Shown: one piece after another, positions 48,282 to 59,622 of the stretch
How positions within the stretch are numbered: the stretch's first letter is position 1
Layout: every line of letters starts with the position of its first letter
Assembly: GCF_006345805.1 (NCBI RefSeq)
Contig: NW_021832988.1
Location: 1-59,622 of the forward strand
Length of the DNA: 59,622 nucleotides
Direction of reading: 5' to 3'
DNA from: Octopus sinensis
Lineage: Eukaryota
Made by a program: the position numbers and the translations under genes
The notes under the pieces: generated by a model
The model's input: the letters and a program-made list of their open reading frames with translations, nothing else
The model's database searches: none
What the model was told of the DNA's origin: nothing

Positions 48282-49405
48282 CAAGCAGTATAGCCCGGCT
48301 TTTTCTCGAGATTAAGTTTGGATTATTAAGCTAATCAAGCTCTTTATTTCAAAGCAAACTAGGTAACATCGACGTCAAATTTGAGTGAAATCCGTTGAAA
48401 TTGGTAAACTTTTGGCTGAAATTTTGCAGACAATTTGATTGGGAAATCCCATAAGGAATCGGTTTATCGATATTTTTCCACTCATCGATTATTTTCTTTT
48501 CTTGAACAACTTAAAGCATTCAAAGATCCCATGAGTCCTAAATAATGCTGGCATCAAGTTTGAACAAAATACAGCAAAATTAGTAGACGTTATGGTTGAA
48601 AATGGGGTGTAGCCAATTTTAGTGGGAAGTCCTATAAGGAATCGATTTTTTAAATCCTGATTAAATGGAAAAGCCCATAAGGAATCTGTTTATTGATTTT
48701 TCACCCCAAATAGGACTTAACCGAACATTGCTGATTCAAAAACATCTATATTTATACTTTAAAGTTGGTTTTCATACCCAACCCAGTTCTGCAGAATCAA
48801 TGTCGCAACAGGAGCGCATGGGTTGGGAGTTTGATCAGCAGAGGTGATCAGGCTCCATATGCCAATCCTTTTTAAAACACCACCCCATCATGTAACCCTA
48901 CTTGCCCATGGGTTGGGAACCCTTCCAGCAAGGAAAATAGAATGCCCAAAAGGCACCCGATCAGTGTGTGAGAAGCGGTTAAGTTCAGATCACAACTAAG
49001 TATATATATATATGTGGGCAACACACACAAACACATACGTACATACACCTATTGCATACATGTTTTTGCATACCTTTGCCCCTGCGCCTGTCCCACCACC
49101 ACCTCCTACCCGAGTAATACCATCAATTGAAGCAAATTTGGCACCCGGACGTAAGTTTTGCAGGTGGAACAGAGAAGCCTACCTTCTCCCGCAGAGATGT
49201 GAGAGTCAGATCTCTCTTTCGAAAACATGAACAGCTTCGAAACATTGTTTACAAAATAATAGCTGATCGTTTGCGAAGGAGCGTGTCTACAGTCAACACA
49301 TAAGTCTTTTGATCTGGTAACCTTTGCTATCTCCCATGTTCATGCACGACCAGCTATATATCACTATGAGTAGAGCAACGTATATATATATATATATATA
49401 CAGGC

Positions 49406-49438
<33 letters not shown>

Positions 49439-49882
49439 TGCATACATGTGTTTTGTACGCATACATGCTCATGCGTGTGTGTGTGTGTGTGTGGCTGAAG
49501 CCATTCACACATACATAACAAACCCTGTCTGTCAATCACTCACTAAAAAGACGAAATTTTAAAAATCTGTTATCTCTCTCTCTCTTCCTCCTTCTCCCTC
49601 CCTCTCTTTACACCGTCGCTAGAAGGGGACTTAACTCATATTTGCAAATGATCGTGTATTTCTTTGACTTGAAAATTGTAAGAAGTTATGGCTCAAAATT
49701 ATTTATCGCTCTTCGCGGGTGCCTCAGGGGAAAATAATTTGACGAAAATACAGCTACGATTGTGACGAATGTCCTCTTAAAATTTGAGCGACATGCATGC
49801 TAATTTGTGGATGTGCATAAACTACATTCATGTACACGCACACATATACACACACACACATCCTGCCTTTTATATATACAGA
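48282..49882 (-). mobile_element. Non-autonomous Helitron
   Basis: Minus strand 5' TCTGTATATATAAAAGG, degenerate 3' CTAG with GC hairpin remnant. Inserted between A and T, splitting a duplicated R4 segment. Confidence 0.7.
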
Positions 49883-50685
49883 TTTTCAGACAAAATCTTG
49901 CCTCCTCATTAATAAGCTGTCCCAATCGACATAGATGTGTCTGTCAAGACCTACCAAAAACTAAGCAAATATAAAGATCTTGAAATAGAAATCAGCAAAA
50001 TGTGGAACCTGAAGACTAAAACAATACCTGTTGTCATAGGTGCCCTGGAATGATAGGAAAAGGGCTGATTGCTACCTAACTCAGATACCAGAAAACCCCA
50101 AAATGGCAGAAATTCAAAAGATAGTGCTCATGGGAACTGCCCATATCCTACATAAAATAGAATCTATGTAACCCTCAAAACATTTTAACCGGCAAAAAGT
50201 CAAAATATTTTTAAATGTATATCTTAACAAACACCTTTCCCCGCCATCTTCATGTCAGACTATCATCTTATAATGAAATTACTTTCGAAGCCATCTTTTA
50301 ATTTACTTATGTTTTCAGGGAGCTGGAGGGGAGGTGGAGGAGCAATGAAGAGAAAAGTGGAGAAAGAAGAAAGAAAGAAAGAGAGAGAGAAGGAAAACGA
50401 TAAAGAAAGAAAAGAAACGAAAGAAAGAAAACATGTAAACAGAAACCCATGTGTCAGGTTACGGCCTTTTAACGCCGCACCCAAGAAATCAAAATGAAAG
50501 CAATAAAATTAAGAGAGAAAATGAATCTCAGTAAAAAAAAAGATGATGATGTAAGGTGTAAATAGATTTCCGTGATCAACAAACATTACAGAGTAACCTT
50601 TTACTAAAGCGGCTTCAATTAATAGAAATAAATTATTGTTATTATTGTTATTATTATTATAATATTATTTTTATTATTATTATTT

Positions 50686-50754
50686 AGGTCACTGCCTGGA
50701 ATCGAACTCAGAATTTTGGGGTTAGTAGCCCATGCTCTTAACCACTACGCCACA
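50686..50754 (-). mobile_element. Solo tRNA-like head plus (AAT)n, homologous to the Penelope pLTR module
   Basis: TGTGGCGTAGTGGTTAAGAGCATGGGCTACTAACCCCAAAATTCTGAGTTCGATTCCAGGCAGTGACCT followed by an AAT array. No Penelope ORF lies upstream. Confidence 0.75.
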
Positions 50755-50764
50755 TTTGGAAATC

Positions 50765-51270
50765 TTGGAACGCAAACCCCAATATCAGCAGCGGGGCCCG
50801 GCAACATATGCTGGTTTACCCCCACCGCATCATGCTGATTCCGTACCCATTTGAACAACATTAAATTCACTCATCCGTCCACACAAACACTCTCCAAGCT
50901 TTCCTGTCCTTTTTAAACTCACTTACCTCTCTCACTCCAACACCTCTAGCCACAAAAGCTTTCCTCACTTCATCCATCCACACAAGCCGGGGTCTGCCTC
51001 TCGTTCTGCTGCCTACCACTTCTGACTTCATCACCCACCTTACCATCCACTCCATGTGGCCAAACCACCTCAATATTCGTCTATCCACTTTGGCTGCTAG
51101 CTTTTCTCTCATTCCTGCTTGCCTTCACACCTCCTCATTGCTCATCTTGTCCGTCTGAGTCACACCAACCATAGCCCTCACACATCTCGGCTCAAACACA
51201 CCTAGTCGCCTCTTTTCTGCCTCTCTCACACTCCACATCTCTGTAATCATATAACATTGTTGGTGCAATC
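50765..51270 (-). mobile_element. RTE-clade LINE, 3' fragment
   Basis: LRWFGHMEWM..VMKSEVVGSRTRGRPRLVWMDEV. Confidence 0.75.
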
Positions 51271-53215
51271 ACACACACAGCAAAATATTTGAAACTGAAA
51301 CAATGGTTGTTAATTATGATCAACAAAATTGTTGACTCTATGACATACATTCAGCCATTCTACATCATAAACCCCATCGCCTCCCTCATTTTACCGCCCT
51401 CTATTTAGGTTTCCATTGGTCCGTTCAAAATACCACACTCCGAGAATAATTTTCTCATCAAGCTTTAACAAAGTAAACGAAAATATAACTAGAAAATAAC
51501 ATAGAATTAGAATTGAATCAGCAGCGGGCTGCATGAAAATATTAAGTTGGCCGCAATGTGGCCCATGGTCGACAAGTTTTTCCCACGAGATTTCCAGAAC
51601 CCAGTAACGAACTCATTTGCATACAGCCAATCAAAGCTCACTTTGGAAATCCACATACTGTATATTACTGTACAGTCAGTCAGGCATAGAAAGGTGTATG
51701 CCACTCTGTGAGTACAGCATAGCAGGTCTCACATAAGCACCACATTCCACCCACCACCACCATCCTCATAGATCAATTCAGCATCCTCTCTATATAGAGC
51801 TTAACATAACATACCTACACTCAGAATGTATGGACCTATTTATATATGCCAAGAGGGTGCACAATGACGCAACGCCATATTGATTACGATGTTCCCACAT
51901 CAACACCAACATTTTAAATTAGGAATGTACAAAATCAGTCAAAAAATTAGGAAACTACACTCATTTACATTTTCTAGTAAATTACACAAATTGGCAACAC
52001 TTGCGGGCATCATCGGTTAACAGATTGCGAAATTTTTTCCCCACGAGAGTTCCGGACCCCAGTTATGAACACATTTGCATACAGCCAATCAGAGCTCAGC
52101 TATCAAAATAGTTTATAAGCACATAACAAGTGATGGCCGATAAGATAAGGTCACTTGGGCAAGGAACGACTGTTTCTTTTCTCTTTTAATAATGCTTGTT
52201 GTTCTGGTTCTTTTTCCAACCATGGCTGCCTCTGTAACTGTGTTGTTGTTTACTTTGTAAAACAGTAAGGGGGCAGGGTTGCTGGCACATCACCCTCTAC
52301 CCACATTTTCCCCATCCACATCTTTACCACATGGGACCCTAACAAAATCCAATAATAGGTATAGATACAAATCTATCTAATTACTTGTCTCCTTCTCAAA
52401 TCGGGCATAACTTGGCGATCGGTCGACTTAACAACTTAACACCACCGTTCTTAGACTCGAGTTTACTTGGTAGAGTATGTTTTGCCAAGAGATTGGTTGT
52501 TTTTAAAACATTCATGAATGTTACGACAAGGCCAAGGTGAGCTCTGATTGGTTGTATGAAAATGAGTTCATTACTGGGTTCCAGAACTCTCAAGGGAAAA
52601 AAACAAATTTGCCTGCAGACCTCAGGTTGGACATCTCTAGTCTATGTGATCCCCCAAATGTTTTAATCTGCTAACATAGTCAAAATATTTTTATACGTAC
52701 ACAATAGTAATCACCTTTTACTGCCTTCTTAGCATCAGTCTGTTATCTTATCAAATTAATTTTAAAGCAATATTTTAATTTACTTACATTTTGAGGGAGC
52801 TGACAGAAAGGAGGAGAGAATAAAGAAACAAGAAAAGAAACGAAAGAAAGAAAACATGTAAACAGAAACCCATGTGACATGTTACGGCCTTTTAACGCCG
52901 CACCCAAGAAATCAAAATGAAAGCAATAAAATTAAGACAGAAAATGAATCGAAGTAAAAAGATGACGTAAAAATCTTTTTACAACCCAAATTCCGATAGA
53001 GCCGTGATCAACACCTTCTGAAATGTATTTCTGGAAAATTTCACTTGGAAAAAAAAAACACACACACACCTGTATATTCTTAAAATTCAGAGAAAACAAA
53101 TCCACGAAGTTATAATGTAGTAAAAAGTATTGAAATCGATTTTGTAAAGTATTTGTAAAGCAATGGAGAGACGGGATTAAAGATATAATTAGGAAGATGT
53201 AAAACGAAAACTTAC

Positions 53216-53360
53216 CTCGTCACAACTCTGAGCAAAAGTGAAACTTGAAACTTTATTTGATCGTTTTTAAGCTATTGATTGGTTTAACAACAACTTTGTA
53301 TGACATCAGTGTTTTTCCCAGAAAGAAAACACTTCCCCCTCTGCCCTCTTTTAACGCAAT
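53216..53360 (-). promoter_or_regulatory. Candidate promoter plus first exon (copy C), paralog of 47807-47950
   Basis: Near-identical sequence with the same GACGAG|GTAAGT donor (53216/53215) and the same IRF-E-like, CCAAT, CRE-like and ETS motifs. Confidence 0.5.
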
Positions 53361-54388
53361 GGATCTTTTCTGGTTGATAGACGGAATTTTCTAGTTACTA
53401 AAAAATTTGAAACTCGTATACTGGTAGAATGTCTCAAAAGAAAACATTATCGTAAACAAAATTGAAAACAAAATTGTAATTCCTAACTCAAACGTAGTTT
53501 AATTTTACGAATTTTAACCAATGAAATCGCAGCATTCAAGCTCAAATTATTTACTGCGTCTAAAAACTCACACACACACACGTCTTATTCATACTTCTCT
53601 CTCTTCTGTCTTCTACATGTGCTAGAAATAACAGCTATATCTCTTAAATCGATGAATTTCGTCTCCCAATAAAAATATTAACGATATTTTTTGAATATTT
53701 TCTTTATTTTTTTTTTTTACTGAAAAGGCTTCTCCCATGGTTTTGAAGGGCCAGAAACAACAAAAACAAAACAATAATATGCCTAAATCGGTCTCGAGGT
53801 TTCGCGTGGAGTGTGAGTAGTATTGTAAAAAATTTGAGAAATATTTTTTCATAAAAGGATGCCCCCAGCTTGTCGGAAGCTGTGATATAAATTGGGGAAA
53901 AAAATCCTCGACACCAGTGCGTAATTGGTACTTAATTTATCGACCCCGAAACGATGAAACATTGACCCCTCCCCCTTCTGGTTTATTTACCTTTTGTGCA
54001 AATTTGTTGCGGCAAGTGGCAAAACACGAACGTGTAATGTGTGCGTATGTGTGTGTATGTATATGACCGTTTGTATGTGTGTGTACGCTTATATATTAAT
54101 TACTATGTGCTTGTGCAAATGTATATGCATGTGTTTGAGAGAGAGAGAGAGAGAGAGGGAGAGGTGTGTGTCTGTGTGTCGTGCGTCTGCTATATTTCTT
54201 TATCAATATCGATAACGCAGCAATGCTGGGATTTCATTGGTTAAAATTCGTAAAATTAAACTACGTTTAAGTTACGAATTACAATTTTGTTTAACAATAA
54301 TGTTTTCTTTTGACACATTCTACCAGTATACGAAGTTTCAAATTTTTTAGTTAACTAGAAAATTCCGTCTATCAAACAGAAAAGATCC
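53361..54388. mobile_element. Non-autonomous DNA transposon with about 175-bp TIRs and 3-bp AAT TSD
   Basis: GGATCTTTTCTG..CAGAAAAGATCC flanked by AAT on both sides. The paralogous empty site, with a single AAT, is at about 47950. Confidence 0.85.
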
Positions 54389-54848
54389 AATTTACTTGTA
54401 CGAACATTTTGTGATAAAAGTTTATTATTATTATTTACAACAGACGACATAAAGAAAACTTTTCAAAAGAAGAAAAACCTGAAATAATTTTTTTTATAGG
54501 AAAGGAAGGTGAATGTAGGTTAGAGAAGATTTCACTTTCAGTTTTGACACCTCCAGAGACTTTATCTGGTTTTCTCCAATGGTGGCCACTAGTTGGCATG
54601 TTTTTTCTTCAGTTTGTGTACGCACACACCTTGTTGACGTGTCTTTCCACAAAAATTCAGCCTGTGTGTACACACAGACTCACACACACATAATATAATA
54701 TACATTTGTAGCAGATAGGGTAGGGGGGAAGACAAGTTAAAGTTTGAAATGCTGGGATTTGAAACCGAATCCCCATTTTCCCATAAGTCCCACACCTGTT
54801 ATTCTCTCCTGTAACACTAGGAAATTTATGATAGTATACTGACTTCTT

Positions 54849-54879
<31 letters not shown>

Positions 54880-56051
54880 CTCAACCAAATCAGTTTTCCT
54901 TCTCTTTGGTCAAGGGTGCTTACCGAAAGAGCCTCTAACTTTCCAATTTCAAGTATGGTGTATCAGGCACAACACAAACCTTACTCTTTCTATCTATCTA
55001 TATTCTATTAGCCTGTCTCTCTGCAGTGGTTACACACAGATGAAGATAACTAATATACACGATGGACAATACAAAATGGGCCATAGTGGCTAATAACAAG
55101 TGTATACAAACAATCCTACATTGTAACAAACGTAATAATCTTCTAGTATATATGTCACAGTATCTGTGCGTATATTGACTAATGCATACATTTCCGAAGT
55201 TTGCGACCGATTTTCTCCAAACTTAGCACACACATTTGTCATGTCCCAAGGATAGTTATGCACTATAACATTTTGTCCAGAACTCCCACGTAAATGGACA
55301 TATTTTTAAAAATCTTTATTATAAAAGTGAAAGGATTTTGTCTATTTACTTCGACTGTCCATCTGTGCAGTGACTCAGTCAGGAAAAGGATTTGGATGCT
55401 GTTCTGTTTTCATGTAAATGTTTGGCTGTTCCAGAGCAACAGCCATGCCATCACCCACGACAATGCTGCAAGCATGCTGGTATGCCTCAAAAGCCATCTC
55501 AGAGGCTTCCCAGCGCCCCTAACTTTTCAAACTAAGGTGGTGAATTGTTTTGGTTTTTCTTTTTCTTTCTCGTTTTCTTTTCAATTTTTTTTCAGTTGTG
55601 TTCTTTGTTTTTCCAGTTTTTTAATTATTGAGCATTATTGAAATAAAAGTGCTTATATAGCAGCAAAAAAAAACGAAAAAAGAAATTTTAAAGATTTATC
55701 CAAGAAACCTTATTTAGCTGAAATTTCGGATCTGTTCAGTTTCGCGTATGGATTTCTTAAATTTTTTAACTAAACAGTTTGAAACTTCATATATACTGGT
55801 GGAATTTCTCACCCATTACATGTGTAAGTAATACGATCGCACGTGATCGCATTCTTAACGAATTAAGATAAGCCATTAGTACAATTTTATACAATGCAGT
55901 GCCAACAGAATTTAGATGAATTGACGACGAGCCGTTCCACCGTTTGAGAGATGATATTATTTTATTTACAATGGGTTAATGTTAGAAGTTGTGAGGGCTA
56001 GCAAGCGTTGTGTATGTGCATGCAACACGTGTTTGTGTCTGTGTGTTCGTG

Positions 56052-57001
56052 TGTGTGACAGATACAATAAGGGTGAATGCGTGTGGCATAGTAGGTACAG
56101 AGCATAGAGTTAATGGTGGAAATTGATTTACTGTTCATGAGGTACACGAAGCGTAAGAGTTCAATATCAAGATGTTGTGTCTCGGAGCTGAGATTAGTTG
56201 AATCACTTGTTGTGCTTATCTTTCTCTTGATATAGATATTCTTTCAGATATATATACTGCAACTGGTTTCCGTGGTGAGATTTTCACCTAACAGCATGAG
56301 TTGAATCTGTAGTTATCTTGTGTACAAGTTAAATCTTCGTAGATAGAGACGATGTTGGCGATGACGTTATGTCTGTCGCTTGGTTTACTATAGCGTCTTC
56401 ATATCATTTTTGCTTGGTTATTTTTCTCTTGATATAGATATTCTTTCAGATATATATACTGCAACTGTTTTTCCGTGGTGAGATTTTCACACTAACAGTA
56501 TGAGTTGAATCTGTGAAGTTGGTGTGTACATGTCTGAAGTGGACGATGGTGATGGCGACTTGAAGTTGGTACAATGATGGTGACGACGGTGGCGGAGATA
56601 GAAATTGGTTTTCTGTTGGTTGCGGGTGTACATTAGCGTCGTCGTGGCTGATCGTCTGTCGCTGTGACTGGAACATGTTGAGTAAGCTCTGTGGTCAGAG
56701 CTTAGCCCTTATAAGGACTGGAACCAAAGACGCAAGTATACTGAAAACACTCCCTTATATACAAGTAAGGTGGCTCAACAGAGCCTAGGAAATGGGACCT
56801 TAACCAAAGGCCGTGATTGGTTGGCTTTGGCCAGTGGCGCGAAGTAAGTAGGGAGAAAGACCGCGCTTAGATGCCAACCAATCAAAATAGTGGACACAAC
56901 AGGGCTAAACTAGCCAAAGATGTTTGTAATCTCAAACGAGATCATTCTTAATATTTCTCTCAAACGGTGAAGATAGCAATGAAGAAAACAATATTGCTAC
57001 A
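56052..57001 (-). mobile_element. Probable solo LTR
   Basis: TG..CA termini, CGTG/CATG 4-bp flanks (one CpG transition apart), CCAAT and TATATAA on the minus strand, and an internal ~90-bp direct repeat. Confidence 0.5.
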
Positions 57002-58087
57002 CATGCTTTACTTTGAACATTTTTGACAAAATTCCGTATTTTAGAAGTCATTTCGTGTTAAAGTTGTCATATTTGGGTAACTCAGACCAATCAATGGCGT
57101 GTATTCAGTTGAAGAAAGCTACTGCTGTTTGCGATAAAACTGATAAAGGTGGCACCGTCTCCGCTCAACATACAAATAGAACAGAGCTGTGACATTAGTA
57201 GAGATGACCCAGAAATTGTTCCTTTTCTATTACTATCGCAAATTTAATATGAAATAACTTCTAAAATAGATAATTTTGTCAAATATGTTCAAAGTAAACC
57301 ATGTTCTAGGTGAGAAATTCCACTGGTATACAAAGTTTCAAACTCTTTCGTTAAAATAGATTAATAAAAAAAATCTGAGCCAAATTCAGCTGATCCATTA
57401 TTTTTAGCACAAGACAATTGTATCTCTGGTAATTTTCTTTCATGTAAATAAATATTTACGTTAATTTAAAAGATTTTCCAAATTCGTTGTACGTACATAG
57501 TTTCTTTGTATGTAGGGTCTTCCATACTTTCTTCATATATATATTTATATATATTGGCATATATTGGCATTAGAGAATATTTTTGACTGTGATTAAACTG
57601 ACTAGGAACATTGTACGTGATGAATATCCAATACTAATCTTAATCTCCGTATATAAGCTGCATTAAACTGAGGCAAGCTTACATTTACCTATTCTGTGTT
57701 ACTTGAAAGGTGACGTTCTTTTTCCTCTCTTCTATTTGTTAATAAGTTTGTTTACCTACTACTGTATTGTTTCACTTGAAGAATGCTTATTTACCCATCC
57801 ATTATAATATTTCGACTGTTGTCCATTGTCTCAAATTGTTTTAGCATCGTCATTCTAGCCTTATTTAAACAATCACATTTGATTCGCCCCAAAGAATCAA
57901 CCTTTAAATAAGAGTTTTGCTTTCACTAGCAAAAGTTATAGGTATCTTTCAGAAAGCTCCATACCAATTTCACTTTATGGGCAGGATATGTGGGAAGAGA
58001 GAATAAAGGGGATTTTGTGGACTTAGAATAGAATCGATAACCACTTGGTACACTAAAACCAACTTTCCTTCCCCGGATAATACAAGC

Positions 58088-58750
58088 ATTCCACCTAAAA
58101 AGAGAGAACGCATTGGGAGAAAGTCTTCTGCAGCAGCGCTGGCAAACAAAGAATACTAAAGACCAGAGGTCCTGTACACTGTTGAAAAGAGCTGCAACTA
58201 CTCCAGGGCTGCGTGAAACTTATCGAGAGCGTGCTGCTACAGCAACGACCGTAGAAAGCCCACAAAAGAGTGCTCTCTGTCAGGCACACAACACTGCATC
58301 CAATTCTGCCATCAGGGCCTCAGGAGAGCGCGCTATCCGTCGGGCTCACAACGATGCATACACTTCTGCCATGAGGGCCTAAGAAGCCTCAGAAGAGGGT
58401 GCTATCCATTAGGCACATAATGCTTCGTTCACTTCTGCCATGAGGGCCTAAGAAACCTCAGAATAGAGTGCTATCTGTCGGGCTCACAACGCTGCATTCA
58501 CTTTTGCTACGAGGGCATTAGAAGCCTCAGAAGAGAGTGCTACCGTCGGGATAACATCGCTGCATCCACACCTGCCAAGAGGGCCTAAGAAGCCTCAGAA
58601 GATAGTGCTATCCATTCGCCACATAATACTGCATCCACCTCTGACATGTGTGCCTAAGAAGCCTAAGAAGAGGGTGCTATCCGTCGGGCACACATCGCGG
58701 CATACACTTCTGCCATTAGGGCGTAAGAAGCCACAGAAGAGAGTGGTATC
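58088..58750 (+). mobile_element. Helitron RepHel-like N-terminus with 69-bp tandem repeats, decayed
   Basis: PPKKRERIGRKSSAAALA, then 23-codon units (EESAIRRAHNAASTSAMRA*EAS) starting at 58391, 58460, 58529, 58597, 58666 and 58735. Resembles the Glu/Arg/Ala-rich repeats at Helitron protein N-termini. Helitron-like 5' ends occur near 54990 and 55310. Confidence 0.6.
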
Positions 58751-58998
58751 TGTTATATAATCATCACAACAAACATGAACAATCAACGTCGCCCATTGTC
58801 TCCCTTGATAAAAGGACTTTCACTTTGTTTCCCGCCAAAACAATTAACTTGTACAACAACGGCAGTCGAATAAAGTATCTTGTATCGTCAACACGTTGTT
58901 TCAGTCTCTCTCATTTTCTTAATCTTTCATACTAAATACTCACTACTTCCTTTAATACACAATAATTATATTTATATAACAACAACATGGTGTCAGAA
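58751..58998 (+). mobile_element. Gypsy 5' LTR (58751-58987) and PBS (58988-58998)
   Basis: TGTT..AACA termini and internal AATAAA. PBS TGGTGTCAGAA is complementary to the 3' end of tRNA-Leu(CAA) type tRNAs. Confidence 0.88.
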
Positions 58999-59065
58999 TA
59001 CTAAAAGAACCCAAAATACAGAAACCAAAGGAAAAAAGAAGTTGAAATCATACTTCAAAGACGAA

Positions 59066-59622
59066 ATGGAAAATTTACCGCATCCAAAAGACCTAGACTT
59101 TAATCAGGAAAATCTAGCCGCAGCATGGAAAAAGTGGAAAAAAGAATTCAATCTCTTTTTGATAGCAACAGAAAGTGACATGAAGCCAGACAAAATAAAA
59201 ACTTCAATGTTTTTAACTTGCATCGGTTCTAAAGGCCGAGATATCCATTCCACACTGGATTTCGATTCACTCGACGAAGAAATGAACCTTCAGACAGTAA
59301 TCGAAAAATTCGATGCATATTGTGAACCCAGGAAAAACATAACTTTCCTAAGACACAAATTCTTCACATGTGGACAAGCGGAACATCAAAAATTCGATGA
59401 GTACGTAGTAGAGTTGCGCCAAAAGGCACAACAGTGCGAATTCGGCAACCCCACAGACAGTCTCACCAAAGATATTCTGATATGTGGAATCAGAGACATG
59501 AGATTAAGAGAAAGATTATTGAGAGAACCAAATTTAGACCTACAAAAAACAATTCAAGCAGGTCAGAGTGCAGAGCAAACACGACTCCAATCAAGGATGC
59601 TAAATGCCACATCCGAAACAAG
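59066..59622 (+). CDS. gag: Gypsy gag, open to the window end (absent from the ORF track because there is no stop)
   Basis: MENLPHPKDLDF..WKKWKKEF..LTCIG..F..YCEPRKNITFLRHKFF..ELRQKAQQCEFG..ILICGIRD..LRERLLREPNLDL, with no stops in 185 codons. Confidence 0.9.
   Translation, partial: MENLPHPKDLDFNQENLAAAWKKWKKEFNLFLIATESDMKPDKIKTSMFLTCIGSKGRDIHSTLDFDSLDEEMNLQTVIEKFDAYCEPRKNITFLRHKFFTCGQAEHQKFDEYVVELRQKAQQCEFGNPTDSLTKDILICGIRDMRLRERLLREPNLDLQKTIQAGQSAEQTRLQSRMLNATSET

Noticed and set aside
58263-58750. CRISPR-like array
   Set aside because: Contiguous degenerate tandem units without unique spacers, in a eukaryotic context.

Overview
AT-rich eukaryotic genomic DNA that is almost entirely transposon-derived. 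The repeat families (SINE heads, the RTE tail ending GGACGTTAAA(TGA)n) are ones I recall from octopus, so a coleoid cephalopod source is inferred, not verified. The only host gene I can support is on the minus strand. Two phase-1 coding exons (12553-12356 and 4108-3872) splice into tandem RRM-like domains of the type found at the N-terminus of PARP14/PARP10-like proteins. Its probable non-coding first exon and promoter lie 35-41 kb upstream and are duplicated (about 47.8 kb and 53.2 kb), each with CCAAT, CRE-like, ETS and IRF/ISRE-like motifs. The intervening DNA is a nested TE landscape: Chapaev3, mariner (x2), Tc1, pogo, Helitrons (including a head-to-tail dimer), Penelope-like elements (PLEs), R4/Dong, HERO, Tx1, CR1, RTE, Gypsy and SINEs. 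The most unusual features are: (1) a near full-length PLE whose 3' pseudo-LTR reads tRNA-like Pol III module, (AAT)n, then a minimal hammerhead ribozyme, with the tRNA module also found as a solo SINE-like copy; (2) the duplicated promoter with IRF-like motifs; (3) a perfect 291-bp palindrome; (4) a young Gypsy element with open gag inserted into a 69-bp Helitron coding repeat. No database searches were run and many TE boundaries are approximate.
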